The position numbers and the translations under genes are program-made. From assembly GCA_003278765.1 (NCBI GenBank), contig QCDK01000004.1, positions 6,437-70,436 of the forward strand: a stretch of DNA of 64,000 nt. The letters are read 5' to 3'. The notes under the pieces are model-generated. The model had not been told where the DNA came from. It saw nothing but the letters and a program-made list of their open reading frames with translations, and searched no databases. The first letter of the stretch is position 1. Each line of letters starts with the position of its first letter. Positions 31,350-43,117 of the stretch are shown here, piece by piece. The DNA comes from Prochlorococcus sp. AG-355-G23. Its GTDB lineage: Bacteria; Cyanobacteriota; Cyanobacteriia; PCC-6307; Cyanobiaceae.

Positions 31350-32519
31350 TTAATTATTTTCATTGTTTAATTTTACTATGGATTCTGTTATCACTTTAAT
31401 TCCAACAGCAATAGCTCTTTCATCTGGATCAAATTTAGAACTATGAAGAGGAGCACATCTATTTGAGCTAGAAACGCCAAGCCTAAACATAGCTCCTGGA
31501 ATCTCTTTTAAGAATTCAGCGAAATCCTCGGCTCCTAATGATGGTTTTTGTAATTCGATTACATTTTCTTGACCCAAAACCTTAATTCCCGAATCTCTAA
31601 GAATTCTATTAATTTCAGAATTATTATTAACTGCCGGGGTAATTTCTCTGAATATTACTTTTGCTTCAGCTCCGCAACTATTAGCTAAAGAAGTGATATT
31701 TTCATTGAGCCAATTACCAATATTCGAAAATACTTTACGATTAGTGCATCTAACAGTACCAATTAAATTAACCTTTTCTGCGAGAACATTGAATGCATTG
31801 CCACCATTTATTTTCCCAAAAGTTATTACTACTGGATCTAGAGGGTCTAACTTCCTTGTTATTGATTCTTGAATTCCCGAGATAACTTTTGAGGTCGCCC
31901 AAATAGCATCAACTCCTTCATGAGGTCGAGCACCATGGCCTGATTTTCCTTTAATCTCAACATTAAGTTCTCCGGCAGCTGCAGTTAAACTTCCCTCTTT
32001 AATACCAATAGTCCCTACGGATAAATCGGGGTAGACATGAACTCCCAAAATATGGGTTAAACCATTAGTTGCACCGTCCTTAATCATCCATCTAGCTCCA
32101 CTCGCAATTTCTTCAGCAGGCTGAAAAATTATCCGAGTCCCAAAATTTAGTTTTAAATCCTTAATAATTTTTGCGACACCCAATCCAATCGAGATATGCA
32201 AATCGTGACCACAGGCATGCATAACACCATCTACTTTTGAAGAAAAACTTAATTTAGTTTCCTCAAATATTGGCAAAGCATCCATATCCACTCTTAAACC
32301 TATAATACCTTTATCTAGGGGGCCAAAATCAGCTATAACTCCAGTCCTACCTATAGATTCTCTAACATTCCAACCAATATCTTTTAAAAAACCACTGATC
32401 AAGATTGCTGTTTGATTTTCAAGTCCACTTAATTCCGGATGTTCATGGATATGTCTTCTTAAGTTAATTAGTTCATCATTAAACGAATCAATTTTTTTAT
32501 GTAACTGATCTCTATTCAT
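31350..32519 (-). CDS. M20-family amidohydrolase
   Basis: RRHIHEHPELS, RVDMDALP, MHACGHD, FQPAEE, GAEDF, LHS. Confidence 0.92.
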   Translation of the reverse strand: MNRDQLHKKIDSFNDELINLRRHIHEHPELSGLENQTAILISGFLKDIGWNVRESIGRTGVIADFGPLDKGIIGLRVDMDALPIFEETKLSFSSKVDGVMHACGHDLHISIGLGVAKIIKDLKLNFGTRIIFQPAEEIASGARWMIKDGATNGLTHILGVHVYPDLSVGTIGIKEGSLTAAAGELNVEIKGKSGHGARPHEGVDAIWATSKVISGIQESITRKLDPLDPVVITFGKINGGNAFNVLAEKVNLIGTVRCTNRKVFSNIGNWLNENITSLANSCGAEAKVIFREITPAVNNNSEINRILRDSGIKVLGQENVIELQKPSLGAEDFAEFLKEIPGAMFRLGVSSSNRCAPLHSSKFDPDERAIAVGIKVITESIVKLNNENN

Positions 32520-32522
32520 TAC

Positions 32523-33323
32523 TTATTTTAAATCGATAAAGTTCATTAAATCTTTAATTGGTTGAGGAGGCCATCTTCTTATTTTTTTTAACCATTCTTC
32601 ATCACTATATCTAGGATCTAATTCAGTTACCGCTATCCAATTACTCTCTGCTTTACCAGATTCACCCTTGGACCAATTCAAAGCTGTTAAAGCTGCCCTA
32701 GCATCTGCAAAAGTTGGATAACGTCTAATTAACTTTATTAATTCTTTTTCAGCTTCATCAATATTTTCCAACTGGAAATCTGCTAACGCCAAACTTGACC
32801 TAGCCATGGCAAATCCTGGATTATATAAAGCAGCTTTTGAAAACAAATCTCTTGCTTTATCCCAATGGGATGTAGATCCTTCGACGTTAGCTAAATTATA
32901 TAATGCAGAGAAATTTTCACTATCTAGGGAAATAACGAACATATAATCCTTTTTCGCTTGCGACCATAAACCCAATGCTTCCTCAGCAATCCCCCTGTTA
33001 ATGTAAGGATCTATTTCACTAGGATTCAAACTTATTGCCTTATTTTGGTCATCTATTGATCCCTTAACATCTCCTACAACAAGTCTTACATTTCCTCTAT
33101 TACTAAAACCTGCAGCATCATCAGGATAAGAATCGAGATATTGATTCCATTCTTGTAAAGCTAGATTAAATTTTCCGCCCGAACTAAGTTCTAACGCATT
33201 TTTAAACAAATCCTCTCTCGAAGATAATGAATAGCATGGAGCAATATAAAAAATATTGAAAAAAATAAAAATTAATAAAAAACAAACCTTAACTTTTTTA
33301 AAAGTTATCATCTTTTGAATCAA
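32523..33323 (-). CDS. Tetratricopeptide repeat protein with N-terminal signal/anchor
   Basis: Repeated NRG/YNLA TPR-type helices, hydrophobic N-terminus, IRRWPP tail. Confidence 0.85.
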   Translation of the reverse strand: MIQKMITFKKVKVCFLLIFIFFNIFYIAPCYSLSSREDLFKNALELSSGGKFNLALQEWNQYLDSYPDDAAGFSNRGNVRLVVGDVKGSIDDQNKAISLNPSEIDPYINRGIAEEALGLWSQAKKDYMFVISLDSENFSALYNLANVEGSTSHWDKARDLFSKAALYNPGFAMARSSLALADFQLENIDEAEKELIKLIRRYPTFADARAALTALNWSKGESGKAESNWIAVTELDPRYSDEEWLKKIRRWPPQPIKDLMNFIDLK

Positions 33324-34356
33324 TGTACTTTTTTCCTAAAGCAGTAAGTAATCTTCCTCGAGGAGTTCTCGTGAGAAAACCAATTTTAATAAGATATGGC
33401 TCAACAACAAATTCTAACATTGAAGGATCATCGCCCAACCCAGATGCAATTGAATCAAGGCCAGTTGGAATATTATTGTTTTGGTTAAGAAAAGATAAAT
33501 AGTGTCTATCTAAAGAATCCAATCCTTTTTCGTCTATTTGGTAAGAATTTAAAGCTTTTTTTATTAAATTCACTGAGATAGTATTAGTTTTCATAACAAC
33601 TTGAGCATAATCTCTAACTCGTCTTAATAATCTTAAAGCAATTCTTGGAGTCCCTCGAGATATTTTTGCCAAATCATAAGATGCTTTATCTTCTAAATTG
33701 AGGTTTATTAATCGGGAGAAATTAACAATAATTTGTTTTAATTCATCACATGTATAGAATTCAATTTTCTGAGATAACCCAAATCTGTCTCTTAGAGGTG
33801 CACTTATTGAGGCTAATTTAGTTGTCGCGCCAATCAGAGTAAATTTAGGAAGATTAATTGTTCTGCAACGGGCTCCTCTATTAGCTCCCATAGTTAAGTC
33901 AAGTCTAAAATCCTCCATTGCAGAATATAACAACTCTTCAGTTAACCTATTTAAGCGATGTATCTCATCGATAAATAAAACTTCACCTTCTTTTAATCCA
34001 AGAAGTAAACCCACAATATCTCTTGGTCTTTCAATTGCTGGTGCAGTCGCAATCCTACATTTTGTATTCAATTCATGAGCTATCAAAAAAGCAAGAGTAG
34101 TCTTACCTAGACCAGGCTGTCCATATAAAAGAGTATGCTCCAAAGGTTCTTTTCTAATAATTGAAGCATCTATAGCTATTCTTAAAGTAGATTTAAGTTG
34201 TTCTTGGCCAATAAATTCTTTTAAATTAAGAGGCCGGGCTAAGTTCAAATTATTATTTCTCTTTTCTTCTGGAATATTTTTTGAATCAACTAGCCTAAGT
34301 TCTTTTTTACGAAAAGAAAAGTCATTATCGCCTATATTGGAAGAAATTATTGCCAT
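33298..34356 (-). CDS. ruvB: Holliday junction helicase RuvB
   Basis: [37 protein letters not shown]. Confidence 0.98.
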   Translation of the reverse strand: MAIISSNIGDNDFSFRKKELRLVDSKNIPEEKRNNNLNLARPLNLKEFIGQEQLKSTLRIAIDASIIRKEPLEHTLLYGQPGLGKTTLAFLIAHELNTKCRIATAPAIERPRDIVGLLLGLKEGEVLFIDEIHRLNRLTEELLYSAMEDFRLDLTMGANRGARCRTINLPKFTLIGATTKLASISAPLRDRFGLSQKIEFYTCDELKQIIVNFSRLINLNLEDKASYDLAKISRGTPRIALRLLRRVRDYAQVVMKTNTISVNLIKKALNSYQIDEKGLDSLDRHYLSFLNQNNNIPTGLDSIASGLGDDPSMLEFVVEPYLIKIGFLTRTPRGRLLTALGKKYIDSKDDNF

Positions 34357-34408
34357 AATGAAAGGTTAATTGCAATTGTTCTGAGTAGAAAGATTTTTTA
34401 CAACTAAA

Positions 34409-34903
34409 ATGGCAAAAAACTCAAACAAAGTGAAAAAAAATACTAATAAAGAAAATAATTTTAAACTTCTAGCTGATAATAGATATGCAAAATTTCAATA
34501 TGCAATATCTGAAACATTCGAAGCTGGAATTGAGCTTTTAGGGACTGAAGTGAAGTCCATTAGAAACGGAAAAGCAAATTTAAGAGACGGATACTGTTCA
34601 TTCAGAGATGGTGAGATCTTATTATTAAATGTTCACATTTCACCACATAAAAATGTGGGGTCTTTCTTTAATCATGATCCACTAAGAAATAGAAAGTTGC
34701 TACTACATAAAAAAGAAATAATAAAAATGAAATCTAATACTGAAAAAAAAGGAATGACTATTGTTCCTTTATCTCTTTATTTAAAAGGCTCATGGATAAA
34801 ACTAACTATTGGAGTTGGTAAAGGGAAAAAATTACATGACAAACGACAAGATGAAAAACAAAAAAGCATAAAAAAAGAAATCAACTCTGCACTAAAAAGA
34901 TAA
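34409..34903 (+). CDS. smpB: SsrA-binding protein
   Basis: [35 protein letters not shown]. Confidence 0.98.
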   Translation: MAKNSNKVKKNTNKENNFKLLADNRYAKFQYAISETFEAGIELLGTEVKSIRNGKANLRDGYCSFRDGEILLLNVHISPHKNVGSFFNHDPLRNRKLLLHKKEIIKMKSNTEKKGMTIVPLSLYLKGSWIKLTIGVGKGKKLHDKRQDEKQKSIKKEINSALKR

Positions 34904-34931
34904 GATAGATTAGTCAGAATTATTGAAAGTA

Positions 34932-35177
34932 TCAATCTAAACTTACTGAAGTTGGGGGTGGGGAAGGATCTGGATCTGCAATTAGCATATGCTGCAATAC
35001 AGTTTCTGGCCTCTCACTATCTCTCCAGCGAATTTTGTATGCAGGCATTTTTGTACCTCTACTTGTAGTTTGCTCTACTGGTTCAATAACCCATCCTCTT
35101 CTTGATCGGCCTTGAGGATTTCTTTTTACTACTGCATCCGCATGTTTGAAACGGAAACCAACACGTTCACCACTCAT
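34932..35177 (-). CDS. Conserved hypothetical protein (81 aa)
   Basis: Low-AT-bias sequence RNPQGRSRRGWV..YKIRWRDSERPE, co-oriented downstream of lysS. Confidence 0.75.
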   Translation of the reverse strand: MSGERVGFRFKHADAVVKRNPQGRSRRGWVIEPVEQTTSRGTKMPAYKIRWRDSERPETVLQHMLIADPDPSPPPTSVSLD

Positions 35178-35233
35178 TTAAAAAATTTCGTATTGGATCA
35201 ATTTAACTATTTTACTTCATTCGAGGGTAATTT

Positions 35234-36745
35234 TTAACTTTTTTTGGAAGTTATTTCTGGTTTTAACAATGGGAAAGGGATTACATCTCTAATCGATGCG
35301 CTATTAGTAATTAACATAATTAGCCTATCAATGCCTATACCTAATCCTCCCGTAGGCGGCATGCCAATCTCTAAAGCATTTAAAAAATCTTCATCTATAC
35401 AGTGAGCCTCAAGATCTCCTTCATCTCTAAGAGATTGCTGTAATTGCATTCTTTCTCTTTGATCTACTGGATCTATCAACTCACTAAACGCATTTGCCAG
35501 TTCTCGACCAACAATGAATAATTCAAATCTCTGAACTATTTCTTTATTATCATGATGAGGCCTAGCTAAAGGAGAAATTTCAACAGGATAATCAATAACA
35601 AAAGTGGGTTCTATAAGTTTTGATTCTACTTTTTGCTCGAAGACCTCATTTAAAAGTCTTCCCATAGTATTTACTTTATTAGAACAATCAACATTGATAT
35701 TTTTAACAGCTTGTTTTGCTGCTAGAAAGTCTCCACTGAAAGAATCAAAATCAATCCCTGTATATTTTTTGACAATAGCTTTCATGGATATTCTTGACCA
35801 AGGCTTAGAAAAATCAATTTCTTTATCTTGATAATTTATAATTAAAGATCCACATGCATCAGCTACGATATCTTTAATCAATTCTTCAGTTAAATTCATC
35901 ATATCTACATAATCAGAATAAGCTTCATAAATTTCCACTGAGGTGAATTCTGGATTATGCCTTGTACTTATCCCCTCATTACGGAAGATTCTTCCCAATT
36001 CATAGACTTTCTCAAAACCTCCAACAACCATTCTCTTTAAATGTAATTCTGTAGCTATTCTTAAATACAACGGAATATCTAGTGTATTGTGATGAGTTAT
36101 AAATGGTCTTGCTTCAGCACCACCAGCTTCAGATTGCAGAATTGGAGTCTCTATCTCTAAGAAATTTCTATTATCTAGCCATTTTCTTATAAAACTTATA
36201 CATTTCGCTCTGGTTTTAAATACATTTTTAGAATGAGGATTTACTATTAAATCTAAATAACGTTGTCTATATCTTTTTTCAATATCAGTCAATCCATGCC
36301 ATTTATCTGGGAGAGGTTGTAATGATTTGGATAACATTTCCCATTTTTCTACTTTAATTGAAAGCTCACCTTTATTAGTTTTTTTAATAGTTCCATAGAC
36401 TCCTATCCAATCACCAATATCTACTACTTCCTTGAGATCTTCAAAAGTAAGTAATTTTTGTTTTTCTAAATTGAAATTAATAATCCTTTTATCTAGATAA
36501 AGCTGAATCTGACCATTTTGATCACTTATTGTGAAAAAGGCAATTTTGCCCATTACCCTTTTTGCCAGAACTCTACCAGCGATAGAAACACTGAAGTCTT
36601 GCTCTTGACCATTTTCTAGATGATCAAATTTTTGAATAAGAAAACTGGTAGTATGTGATACCTTAAAGCTCTGTGCGTAAGAAGCAAATCCTTTATTCAC
36701 GAGTGAACTAGCTTTTTGTAAGCGCGCTTCTTTTATTTCAGACAA
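35234..36745 (-). CDS. lysS: Lysine--tRNA ligase (class II)
   Basis: [45 protein letters not shown]. Confidence 0.98.
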   Translation of the reverse strand: MSEIKEARLQKASSLVNKGFASYAQSFKVSHTTSFLIQKFDHLENGQEQDFSVSIAGRVLAKRVMGKIAFFTISDQNGQIQLYLDKRIINFNLEKQKLLTFEDLKEVVDIGDWIGVYGTIKKTNKGELSIKVEKWEMLSKSLQPLPDKWHGLTDIEKRYRQRYLDLIVNPHSKNVFKTRAKCISFIRKWLDNRNFLEIETPILQSEAGGAEARPFITHHNTLDIPLYLRIATELHLKRMVVGGFEKVYELGRIFRNEGISTRHNPEFTSVEIYEAYSDYVDMMNLTEELIKDIVADACGSLIINYQDKEIDFSKPWSRISMKAIVKKYTGIDFDSFSGDFLAAKQAVKNINVDCSNKVNTMGRLLNEVFEQKVESKLIEPTFVIDYPVEISPLARPHHDNKEIVQRFELFIVGRELANAFSELIDPVDQRERMQLQQSLRDEGDLEAHCIDEDFLNALEIGMPPTGGLGIGIDRLIMLITNSASIRDVIPFPLLKPEITSKKS

Positions 36746-36795
36746 AATTTATTTAAATATATTTGTTTTATTTAATAAAATTATCAGACTATTGC

Positions 36796-37542
36796 TCAAC
36801 TTGCCAAAGATGTTGCTGTTTCGCCAACTCTCTGAGATGCGTAACCAATTCCTCTAACAGTTAATATTAATTCTGGATTTCTTGGATCTGGTTCTAATTT
36901 ACCTCTTAATCTAGCTACATAAACATCTACAACTCTTAAGTCTGCAGCTCTACGAGGAGGATAACCCCATAGCTGTTCTAAAATTTCTGCTCTTGGAACA
37001 ACCTTACCAGGCTCGTCAAACAATAATTCTAGGAGGCTAAATTCTGTATAAGTTAAACTAATCCTATCTCCTGCTCTAGAAACTTGTCTACGGTTAGTAT
37101 CAACAACTAAATTCCCAAATTTCATAACTCCTTTGCCTGAAGGAACTTCTTTAGTTTCAGTAACTGATATAGTTGGGCCCATTCTTCTCAAAATGGTAGC
37201 TATTCTAGCCTCTAACTCCTTTGGGCTAAATGGTTTAGATAAGTAATCATCAGCCCCTAAATCCAAACCTGCTACTCTCTCTGAAATAGCCTCTAGAGCG
37301 GTTAAAAATATTATTGGAACTACTGATTCAGCTCTAATTCTTCTACAAACAGCAAATCCATCCATTTTTGGAAGCATAACATCAAGGACAATCAAATCTG
37401 GGGAATCCCTATGAAAAGACTCAAGAGCTTCTTCGCCGTTAGTGGCTGAATAAACTTGATATCCGGCTAGTTGAAGCCTCGTAACTAATACCTTCAGAAC
37501 TGCTGGTTCATCATCAACAACTAAAATTCTTGCTTTTGACAT
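36796..37542 (-). CDS. srrA: OmpR-family response regulator of the RpaB group (probably the SrrA paralogue)
   Basis: ILVVDDE receiver, LDVMLP, KPFSPKELEARI, RVVDVYVARLR, ILTVRGIGY; RpaB-like but divergent. Paralogue call relies on recalled synteny. Confidence 0.7.
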   Translation of the reverse strand: MSKARILVVDDEPAVLKVLVTRLQLAGYQVYSATNGEEALESFHRDSPDLIVLDVMLPKMDGFAVCRRIRAESVVPIIFLTALEAISERVAGLDLGADDYLSKPFSPKELEARIATILRRMGPTISVTETKEVPSGKGVMKFGNLVVDTNRRQVSRAGDRISLTYTEFSLLELLFDEPGKVVPRAEILEQLWGYPPRRAADLRVVDVYVARLRGKLEPDPRNPELILTVRGIGYASQRVGETATSLAS

Positions 37543-37722
37543 AGTTAAAAAAGATTTCTCGATATTTCAAAGCAAAGAATTATTGCATTGAATATTTATT
37601 CTAACAATTAAAAATATAACATTACGAACCCTCAAACAGATATTCCTAAGGAATACGAATATTTTCAATAAATTTAAAATACATAAATTATTTCAAACAC
37701 TTTTACCTCTTAACAAAATTTG

Positions 37723-38241
37723 TTAATAAAATTTTCTTCTTGAAAATTTAAACATTCTTAAAAGTTGGGAGCAAATAAACGGAGCAAAAAAACCTGTCAA
37801 AAAAACTTCCGCTAAGATATTTTTAACGCTGGAAATAAACATTAAAGAATTACTATCCGAAAAATTTCTAAACAAAATTTGTAAAAAATAGAGAGTCCCA
37901 CATAAAAAACTTCCGAAAGAACAAATTAAACCATACCTAAAATGTCCTACCAAAATATCACTATGTAATTTAATTCTCCCAAACAAAAAACCACAAAAAA
38001 TTAAGCCTGGTATTTGAGTAAAACTATCATCTAAAGTTAGTGAATCTAAAATTAGACCTAAAAACAACCCAAATATTAATCCATTGAATGATCCATTAAT
38101 CATTGACCAAGGCAATAACCAAAATAATGGCCAATATGGTTGAACACCCAAAAATCCAAGCCAATTAGGGTGCCACAAAAAAATAATTGGAATAAAAATA
38201 AAGCTTATTAAAGATAATTTTTTTTTGAAAATTTTATTCAT
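37723..38241 (-). CDS. mreD: Rod shape-determining protein MreD
   Basis: Hydrophobic ORF after mreC; ATG at 38241 overlaps the mreC stop (TAATG). Confidence 0.8.
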   Translation of the reverse strand: MNKIFKKKLSLISFIFIPIIFLWHPNWLGFLGVQPYWPLFWLLPWSMINGSFNGLIFGLFLGLILDSLTLDDSFTQIPGLIFCGFLFGRIKLHSDILVGHFRYGLICSFGSFLCGTLYFLQILFRNFSDSNSLMFISSVKNILAEVFLTGFFAPFICSQLLRMFKFSRRKFY

Positions 38242-38990
38242 TAAATATCTACTTTCAAAATTTGTACCCAATCAATTACATGAGGTTTTGCTAAAAGCGA
38301 AATTTTTGCCGTTTTTTTTGTTTTCAATGTCTCATCTATAGATTGGACAATACCAATAGGGATATTTGGAGGTAATAAAGTACTAGCAGGGGATGATGAT
38401 ACAAAATCTCCGACTTTAATATCAGCATCTTTTGAATAAAGTATTAGGCTAGGATAATCATCTCCTAAACCGACGAGTAAGCCATTGATTTGAATTCTAT
38501 CTACCCAAACGCCTATCTTACTTTCTGGAGCAGTTATTAAAGTTACCGACGAAGTGAAAAAAGAAGTATTCTTCACTCTGCCTAATAATCCACCCGGGCC
38601 AATCACAATATTACCAATTTCTACTCCATCCTTTGAACCTTTGTTTAAAATTATTTGTCTCCACCAACTACCTGCTTTTCTCGAAATAACTGTAGCTGAA
38701 ATCTTATTGTCATTAGATGATTCTTGAAGAGATAAGATTCGTCGCAATCTTATATTATCTTTTTTAAGAAGATTTAACTTTATTAAATATTCTTGGTCAA
38801 TACTCTCAAGAAGAATTTCTTTTTGAAATTGACCAGGCCAAAAAGGCTTTGAAATAAAATAATAAAAGTCTTTATAAATAGCTCCTTTTGATATTCTTAC
38901 AAAAACTAAAAATACAAAAATTGCAAACAATAACCAATTTTTCTTTTTATGCCACCAACGACTATTAGAAATTCGTCGGATATCTAACAT
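38241..38990 (-). CDS. mreC: Rod shape-determining protein MreC
   Basis: N-terminal TM segment, coiled coil, ILNKGSKDGV, GLLGRV, GDFVSSS..P.IPIG. Confidence 0.92.
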   Translation of the reverse strand: MLDIRRISNSRWWHKKKNWLLFAIFVFLVFVRISKGAIYKDFYYFISKPFWPGQFQKEILLESIDQEYLIKLNLLKKDNIRLRRILSLQESSNDNKISATVISRKAGSWWRQIILNKGSKDGVEIGNIVIGPGGLLGRVKNTSFFTSSVTLITAPESKIGVWVDRIQINGLLVGLGDDYPSLILYSKDADIKVGDFVSSSPASTLLPPNIPIGIVQSIDETLKTKKTAKISLLAKPHVIDWVQILKVDI

Positions 38991-38994
38991 AACA

Positions 38995-40047
38995 TTAATC
39001 TCTTATGGCATTCCTTATAAATTCAGGAGTGTCAACAACTCTTTTCAGCTTTTTAAAATCATCTAAAACCTCCCCACAACCATTCACTACGCAAAGTAGT
39101 GGATTTTCTGCAATGTGAGTAAAAATTCCTGTTTCATCGCTCAATAAATCATTAATACCTCTCACTAAAGCTCCACCCCCTGCAAGCATAATCCCCCTAT
39201 CAACTATGTCCGCAGCAAGTTCAGGAGGAGTTCGCTCCAAAGTTCTTTTTACAGCTTCTACTATTTTGCTAAGTGTTTCAGCCATGGCTTCTCTGATTTC
39301 TCCTGAGGTTAAAGTGACTGACCTAGGAAGACCAGATAAAAGATGTAAACCTCTGACCTCTAAAGTAGTTTTATCAAAATCATTATCTGGAAATGCAGAT
39401 CCAATTTTAATCTTGATATCTTCTGCAGTTCTCTCTCCAACAACTAAATTATGAACTTTTTTAAGATATAGAGCAATTGACTCATTTATTTCATCGCCTG
39501 CTATTCGAACAGACTCACTCAATACAGTTCCTCCTAAACTTAATACTGCAACTTCAGTAGTACCCCCACCAATATCAACAATCATTGTTCCAATTGGCTC
39601 AGTTACTGGCAATGATGCACCTATTGCTGCTGCAACAGGTTCATCAATTAGATGAACTTCTCTAGCTCCAGCTAATCCAGCTTCTCTTACTGCTCTTCGC
39701 TCAACACTAGTAACTCCACTTGGAATACCAATCACTATTCTTGGGGCTACGATCCCCTTGCCTTCATTACATTTTTGAATAAATGTTTTTATCATTTGTT
39801 CTGCAGCATCAAAATCTGCGATAACCCCATCTCTTAGTGGTCTTACGGCTCTTATGTTACCAGGAGTCCTTCCAAGCATTAACTTTGCTTCTTTACCAAC
39901 AGCTAATGGAATCCCTTCTTCTAAATCCATAGCTACTACAGAAGGCTCTTGCAAAACAACGCCTTTTCCTGATACGTGTATAAGAGTATTGGCCGTTCCT
40001 AAATCTATGCCAATATCTCTAGAAAATTTAAATCTGTTAAAAATCAC
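38995..40047 (-). CDS. mreB: Actin-like MreB
   Basis: [44 protein letters not shown]. Confidence 0.98.
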   Translation of the reverse strand: MIFNRFKFSRDIGIDLGTANTLIHVSGKGVVLQEPSVVAMDLEEGIPLAVGKEAKLMLGRTPGNIRAVRPLRDGVIADFDAAEQMIKTFIQKCNEGKGIVAPRIVIGIPSGVTSVERRAVREAGLAGAREVHLIDEPVAAAIGASLPVTEPIGTMIVDIGGGTTEVAVLSLGGTVLSESVRIAGDEINESIALYLKKVHNLVVGERTAEDIKIKIGSAFPDNDFDKTTLEVRGLHLLSGLPRSVTLTSGEIREAMAETLSKIVEAVKRTLERTPPELAADIVDRGIMLAGGGALVRGINDLLSDETGIFTHIAENPLLCVVNGCGEVLDDFKKLKRVVDTPEFIRNAIRD

Positions 40048-40179
40048 AATAAGAATTTCTTTTTTTAAATAATATATCTATTTTTTGCTAAGCTCTCGGA
40101 ATTCTGTAGTTTAGTTATGAATAGCACGTAAAACTTTGAGCAGAACCTAAAAATATGAGTAGTATAAAAAAAAAAAATT

Positions 40180-40551
40180 ATGGAAATTAACACTATTAAT
40201 CTTGTTGGCAGAGCAGGACGAGAACCAGATGTCAGATATTTTGAATCAGGGAGTATTGTAGCGAATTTCACAATTGCAGTTAACAGAAGAAGCCGAGATG
40301 AAGAGCCAGATTGGTTTAATTTAGAAATATGGGGCAAACAAGCACAAATTGCTGCAGATTATGTGAAGAAAGGATCTTTAATTGGAATTACAGGAAGCTT
40401 TAAAATTGATAGTTGGAAAGATAAAAATACTGGAGAAGATAGATATAAACCAGTTGTTAGGGTAGATAAATTAAACTTACTAGGCTCACGAAAAGATTCT
40501 GATAATAACCAATATTCGAACAACAATAACTCAAGTGAAATTCCTTTCTAA
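40180..40551 (+). CDS. ssb: Single-stranded DNA-binding protein
   Basis: NLVGRAGREP, WFNLEIWGKQA, C-terminal EIPF. Confidence 0.96.
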   Translation: MEINTINLVGRAGREPDVRYFESGSIVANFTIAVNRRSRDEEPDWFNLEIWGKQAQIAADYVKKGSLIGITGSFKIDSWKDKNTGEDRYKPVVRVDKLNLLGSRKDSDNNQYSNNNNSSEIPF

Positions 40552-41207
40552 GTTCTATTTTTTTTTAAAAATCTAATGAGTATTTTTGCAAAAAAATATA
40601 AGAAAATTAGAATTAAAATTGGCTTTACAACATACTTGATTTGATCTAAGTAAGTTTCAATGATTAAATATTTTTCACCAAAAAAATACCCTGAATAAGT
40701 GAGAAGTGCTACCCATATCAAGCTACCAAAAGTAGTCCAAAGCAAAAATTTTCTCAAAGGCATAAGTTCTATCCCAGCAGGAACTGAAATTAAAGTTCTT
40801 ATGCCAGGTACTAATCGGCCCCAAAAAACTAGAGAAACTCCATATTTATCAAACCACCTTTTACTTTTACTTAGATCATTAGAAGAAATACCAAAATACT
40901 TTCCTTTTTTATCAAGAAAATTTGATAATCTCTTTTCATTTACTAATCTACCTAAATAATACCAAGGCAATGATCCTAAAATAGTTCCAAGCAATCCCCA
41001 AAAAACTAAAATATAGAAGTTTAATTTTTGTTGATAGACGAAAAATCCACCCAATGGCATTATTATTTCCGAAGGAATTGGGGGTATTATATTTTCTAAA
41101 AACATAGCCAGACAAATAGTAAGGTATGCAATTGTTGAATTTTTTTCAACAGCTAAACTAATATAATCAGGAATTGAAGTAAAGAAATTTACAAAAATTA
41201 AACTCAA
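40548..41207 (-). CDS. dedA: DedA family membrane protein
   Basis: ENIIPPIPSE, GRLVPGIRTLISVPAG. Confidence 0.92.
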   Translation of the reverse strand: MSLIFVNFFTSIPDYISLAVEKNSTIAYLTICLAMFLENIIPPIPSEIIMPLGGFFVYQQKLNFYILVFWGLLGTILGSLPWYYLGRLVNEKRLSNFLDKKGKYFGISSNDLSKSKRWFDKYGVSLVFWGRLVPGIRTLISVPAGIELMPLRKFLLWTTFGSLIWVALLTYSGYFFGEKYLIIETYLDQIKYVVKPILILIFLYFFAKILIRFLKKNRT

Positions 41208-41209
41208 TT

Positions 41210-42628
41210 TTAGTATCTATAAAGTTCAGGTTTATAAGGTCCATCAACAGAGACATTAATATAATCAGCTTGTTCTTTAGTTAATTTTGTTAATTTTGCA
41301 CCAATTTTATCTAAATGCAATCTAGCTACCATTTCATCTAGGTGTTTTGGTAAAACATAAACCTCTTTCTCATATTGCTCTGACTTATTGAAAAGTTCGA
41401 TTTGAGCTAATACTTGATTAGTAAAAGAATTACTCATAACAAAGCTTGGATGGCCAGTGGCACAGCCTAAATTGACTAATCTACCTTCAGCTAAAAGAAT
41501 AATCTTATTTCCACTAGGTAGAGTTATGTGATCAACTTGCGGCTTAATATTTTCCCATTGATAATTTTTTAATGAGGCTACATCAATTTCATTATCAAAA
41601 TGTCCAATATTACAAACTATGGCTTCATCTTTCATCTTGAGAAGATTTTCATGAGTTATGACCTGATAATTACCAGTAGCCGTAACAAAGATATCTATAT
41701 CTTTCACAACATCATCTAGCGTAACAACGCTAAAACCTTCCATTGCTGCTTGAAGAGCACAAATTGGATCAACTTCTGCAACTTTAACTATTGCCCCAAG
41801 TCCGCGTAAGGACTGGGCCGAACCCTTACCTACATCTCCAAATCCCATTACTAAAGCGACCTTCCCAGCAATCATCACATCAGTTGCACGCTTTATGCTG
41901 TCAACTAAAGATTCGCGGCAGCCATATAAATTATCAAATTTGCTTTTAGTTACTGAATCATTAACGTTGATAGCAGGGAAAGGGAGAGCATTTTGCTTTT
42001 GTAGTTGATAAAGTCTTGCGACTCCAGTTGTAGTTTCTTCAGTGACACCAATGATATTACTCTTAATTCTAGAATAGAAATCACTATCAATTTCCAACTT
42101 AGACTTAATAGAATTAAACAAAGCAATTTCTTCTTCATTACCAGGATTATCTAAAACAGATAAATCTTTTTCTGCTTTACTACCTAGTATCAATAAGCCA
42201 GTTGCATCTCCCCCATCATCAAGGATCATATTTGGAGAATCTGAACCCCAATCAAGGATATAGTGGGTATATTGCCAGTATTCATCGAGAGTCTCGCCTT
42301 TTTTTGCGTAGACAGAAATTCCTTGATCTGCGATTGCTGCAGCCGCATGATCTTGAGTTGAAAAAATATTGCATGAAGCCCATTTAACCTCTGCACCAAG
42401 ATCAACAAGAGTTTCTATTAAGACTGCTGTTTGAATAGTCATATGAAGACTTCCAGCTATTTTTGCACCTTTAAGCGGTTTCTCAGATTGATATTTATCT
42501 CTTAGTGCCATTAATCCAGGCATTTCTGTTTCGGCAATTTTAATTTCTTTACGACCAAACTCAGATAAAGAGATATCGGCAATTACGTAATTAGGAGTAG
42601 AGGTTTTGACTGAATTTGCGATAACCAT
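41210..42628 (-). CDS. ahcY: Adenosylhomocysteinase
   Basis: [53 protein letters not shown]. Confidence 0.98.
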   Translation of the reverse strand: MVIANSVKTSTPNYVIADISLSEFGRKEIKIAETEMPGLMALRDKYQSEKPLKGAKIAGSLHMTIQTAVLIETLVDLGAEVKWASCNIFSTQDHAAAAIADQGISVYAKKGETLDEYWQYTHYILDWGSDSPNMILDDGGDATGLLILGSKAEKDLSVLDNPGNEEEIALFNSIKSKLEIDSDFYSRIKSNIIGVTEETTTGVARLYQLQKQNALPFPAINVNDSVTKSKFDNLYGCRESLVDSIKRATDVMIAGKVALVMGFGDVGKGSAQSLRGLGAIVKVAEVDPICALQAAMEGFSVVTLDDVVKDIDIFVTATGNYQVITHENLLKMKDEAIVCNIGHFDNEIDVASLKNYQWENIKPQVDHITLPSGNKIILLAEGRLVNLGCATGHPSFVMSNSFTNQVLAQIELFNKSEQYEKEVYVLPKHLDEMVARLHLDKIGAKLTKLTKEQADYINVSVDGPYKPELYRY

Positions 42629-42667
42629 ATCTAGTATATACTTTTTCTATTAAACTATAAATGATTT

Positions 42668-43117
42668 TTGTGTAATTTTGTGTTTGTTGAGAATTTAAAA
42701 GAGACTTTAAATTTAGGAAAAAAACTCTCACACAAATTAAATCCTCAATCAATTGTTTTGTTGCAGGGTCCAATTGGAGCTGGGAAAACTTCATTTGTTC
42801 AAGGGATTGCTAAAGGCTTATCAATCTCTGAGGACATTACAAGCCCTACATTTGCTTTATCGCATCACTACAACTCGGGCAGAATACCGCTAATTCACCT
42901 TGATTTATACAGGTTAGAAAATATTTCTTCAGCAAAAGAAGTTTTTTTTTCAGAAGAAGAAGAGGCAATACAAAGACAAGCAATTTTAGTTATTGAATGG
43001 CCAGAATTAATAGAACCTGTTATTGATAATTTCTGGAAAATAGAAATTAGTTACGCAAAAAATTATGGAAGACACTACAAAATAAGAGATCCCAAAAATT
43101 TATTAACCTTCTCATAA
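42668..43117 (+). CDS. tsaE: tRNA t6A biosynthesis ATPase TsaE
   Basis: GPIGAGKT, SPTF, HLDLYRL, IEWPE. Confidence 0.94.
   Translation: MCNFVFVENLKETLNLGKKLSHKLNPQSIVLLQGPIGAGKTSFVQGIAKGLSISEDITSPTFALSHHYNSGRIPLIHLDLYRLENISSAKEVFFSEEEEAIQRQAILVIEWPELIEPVIDNFWKIEISYAKNYGRHYKIRDPKNLLTFS

Noticed and set aside
42629-42667. SAH riboswitch upstream of ahcY (a glmS ribozyme at 25541-25620 was also considered)
   Set aside because: Gaps are too short and lack the conserved motifs.
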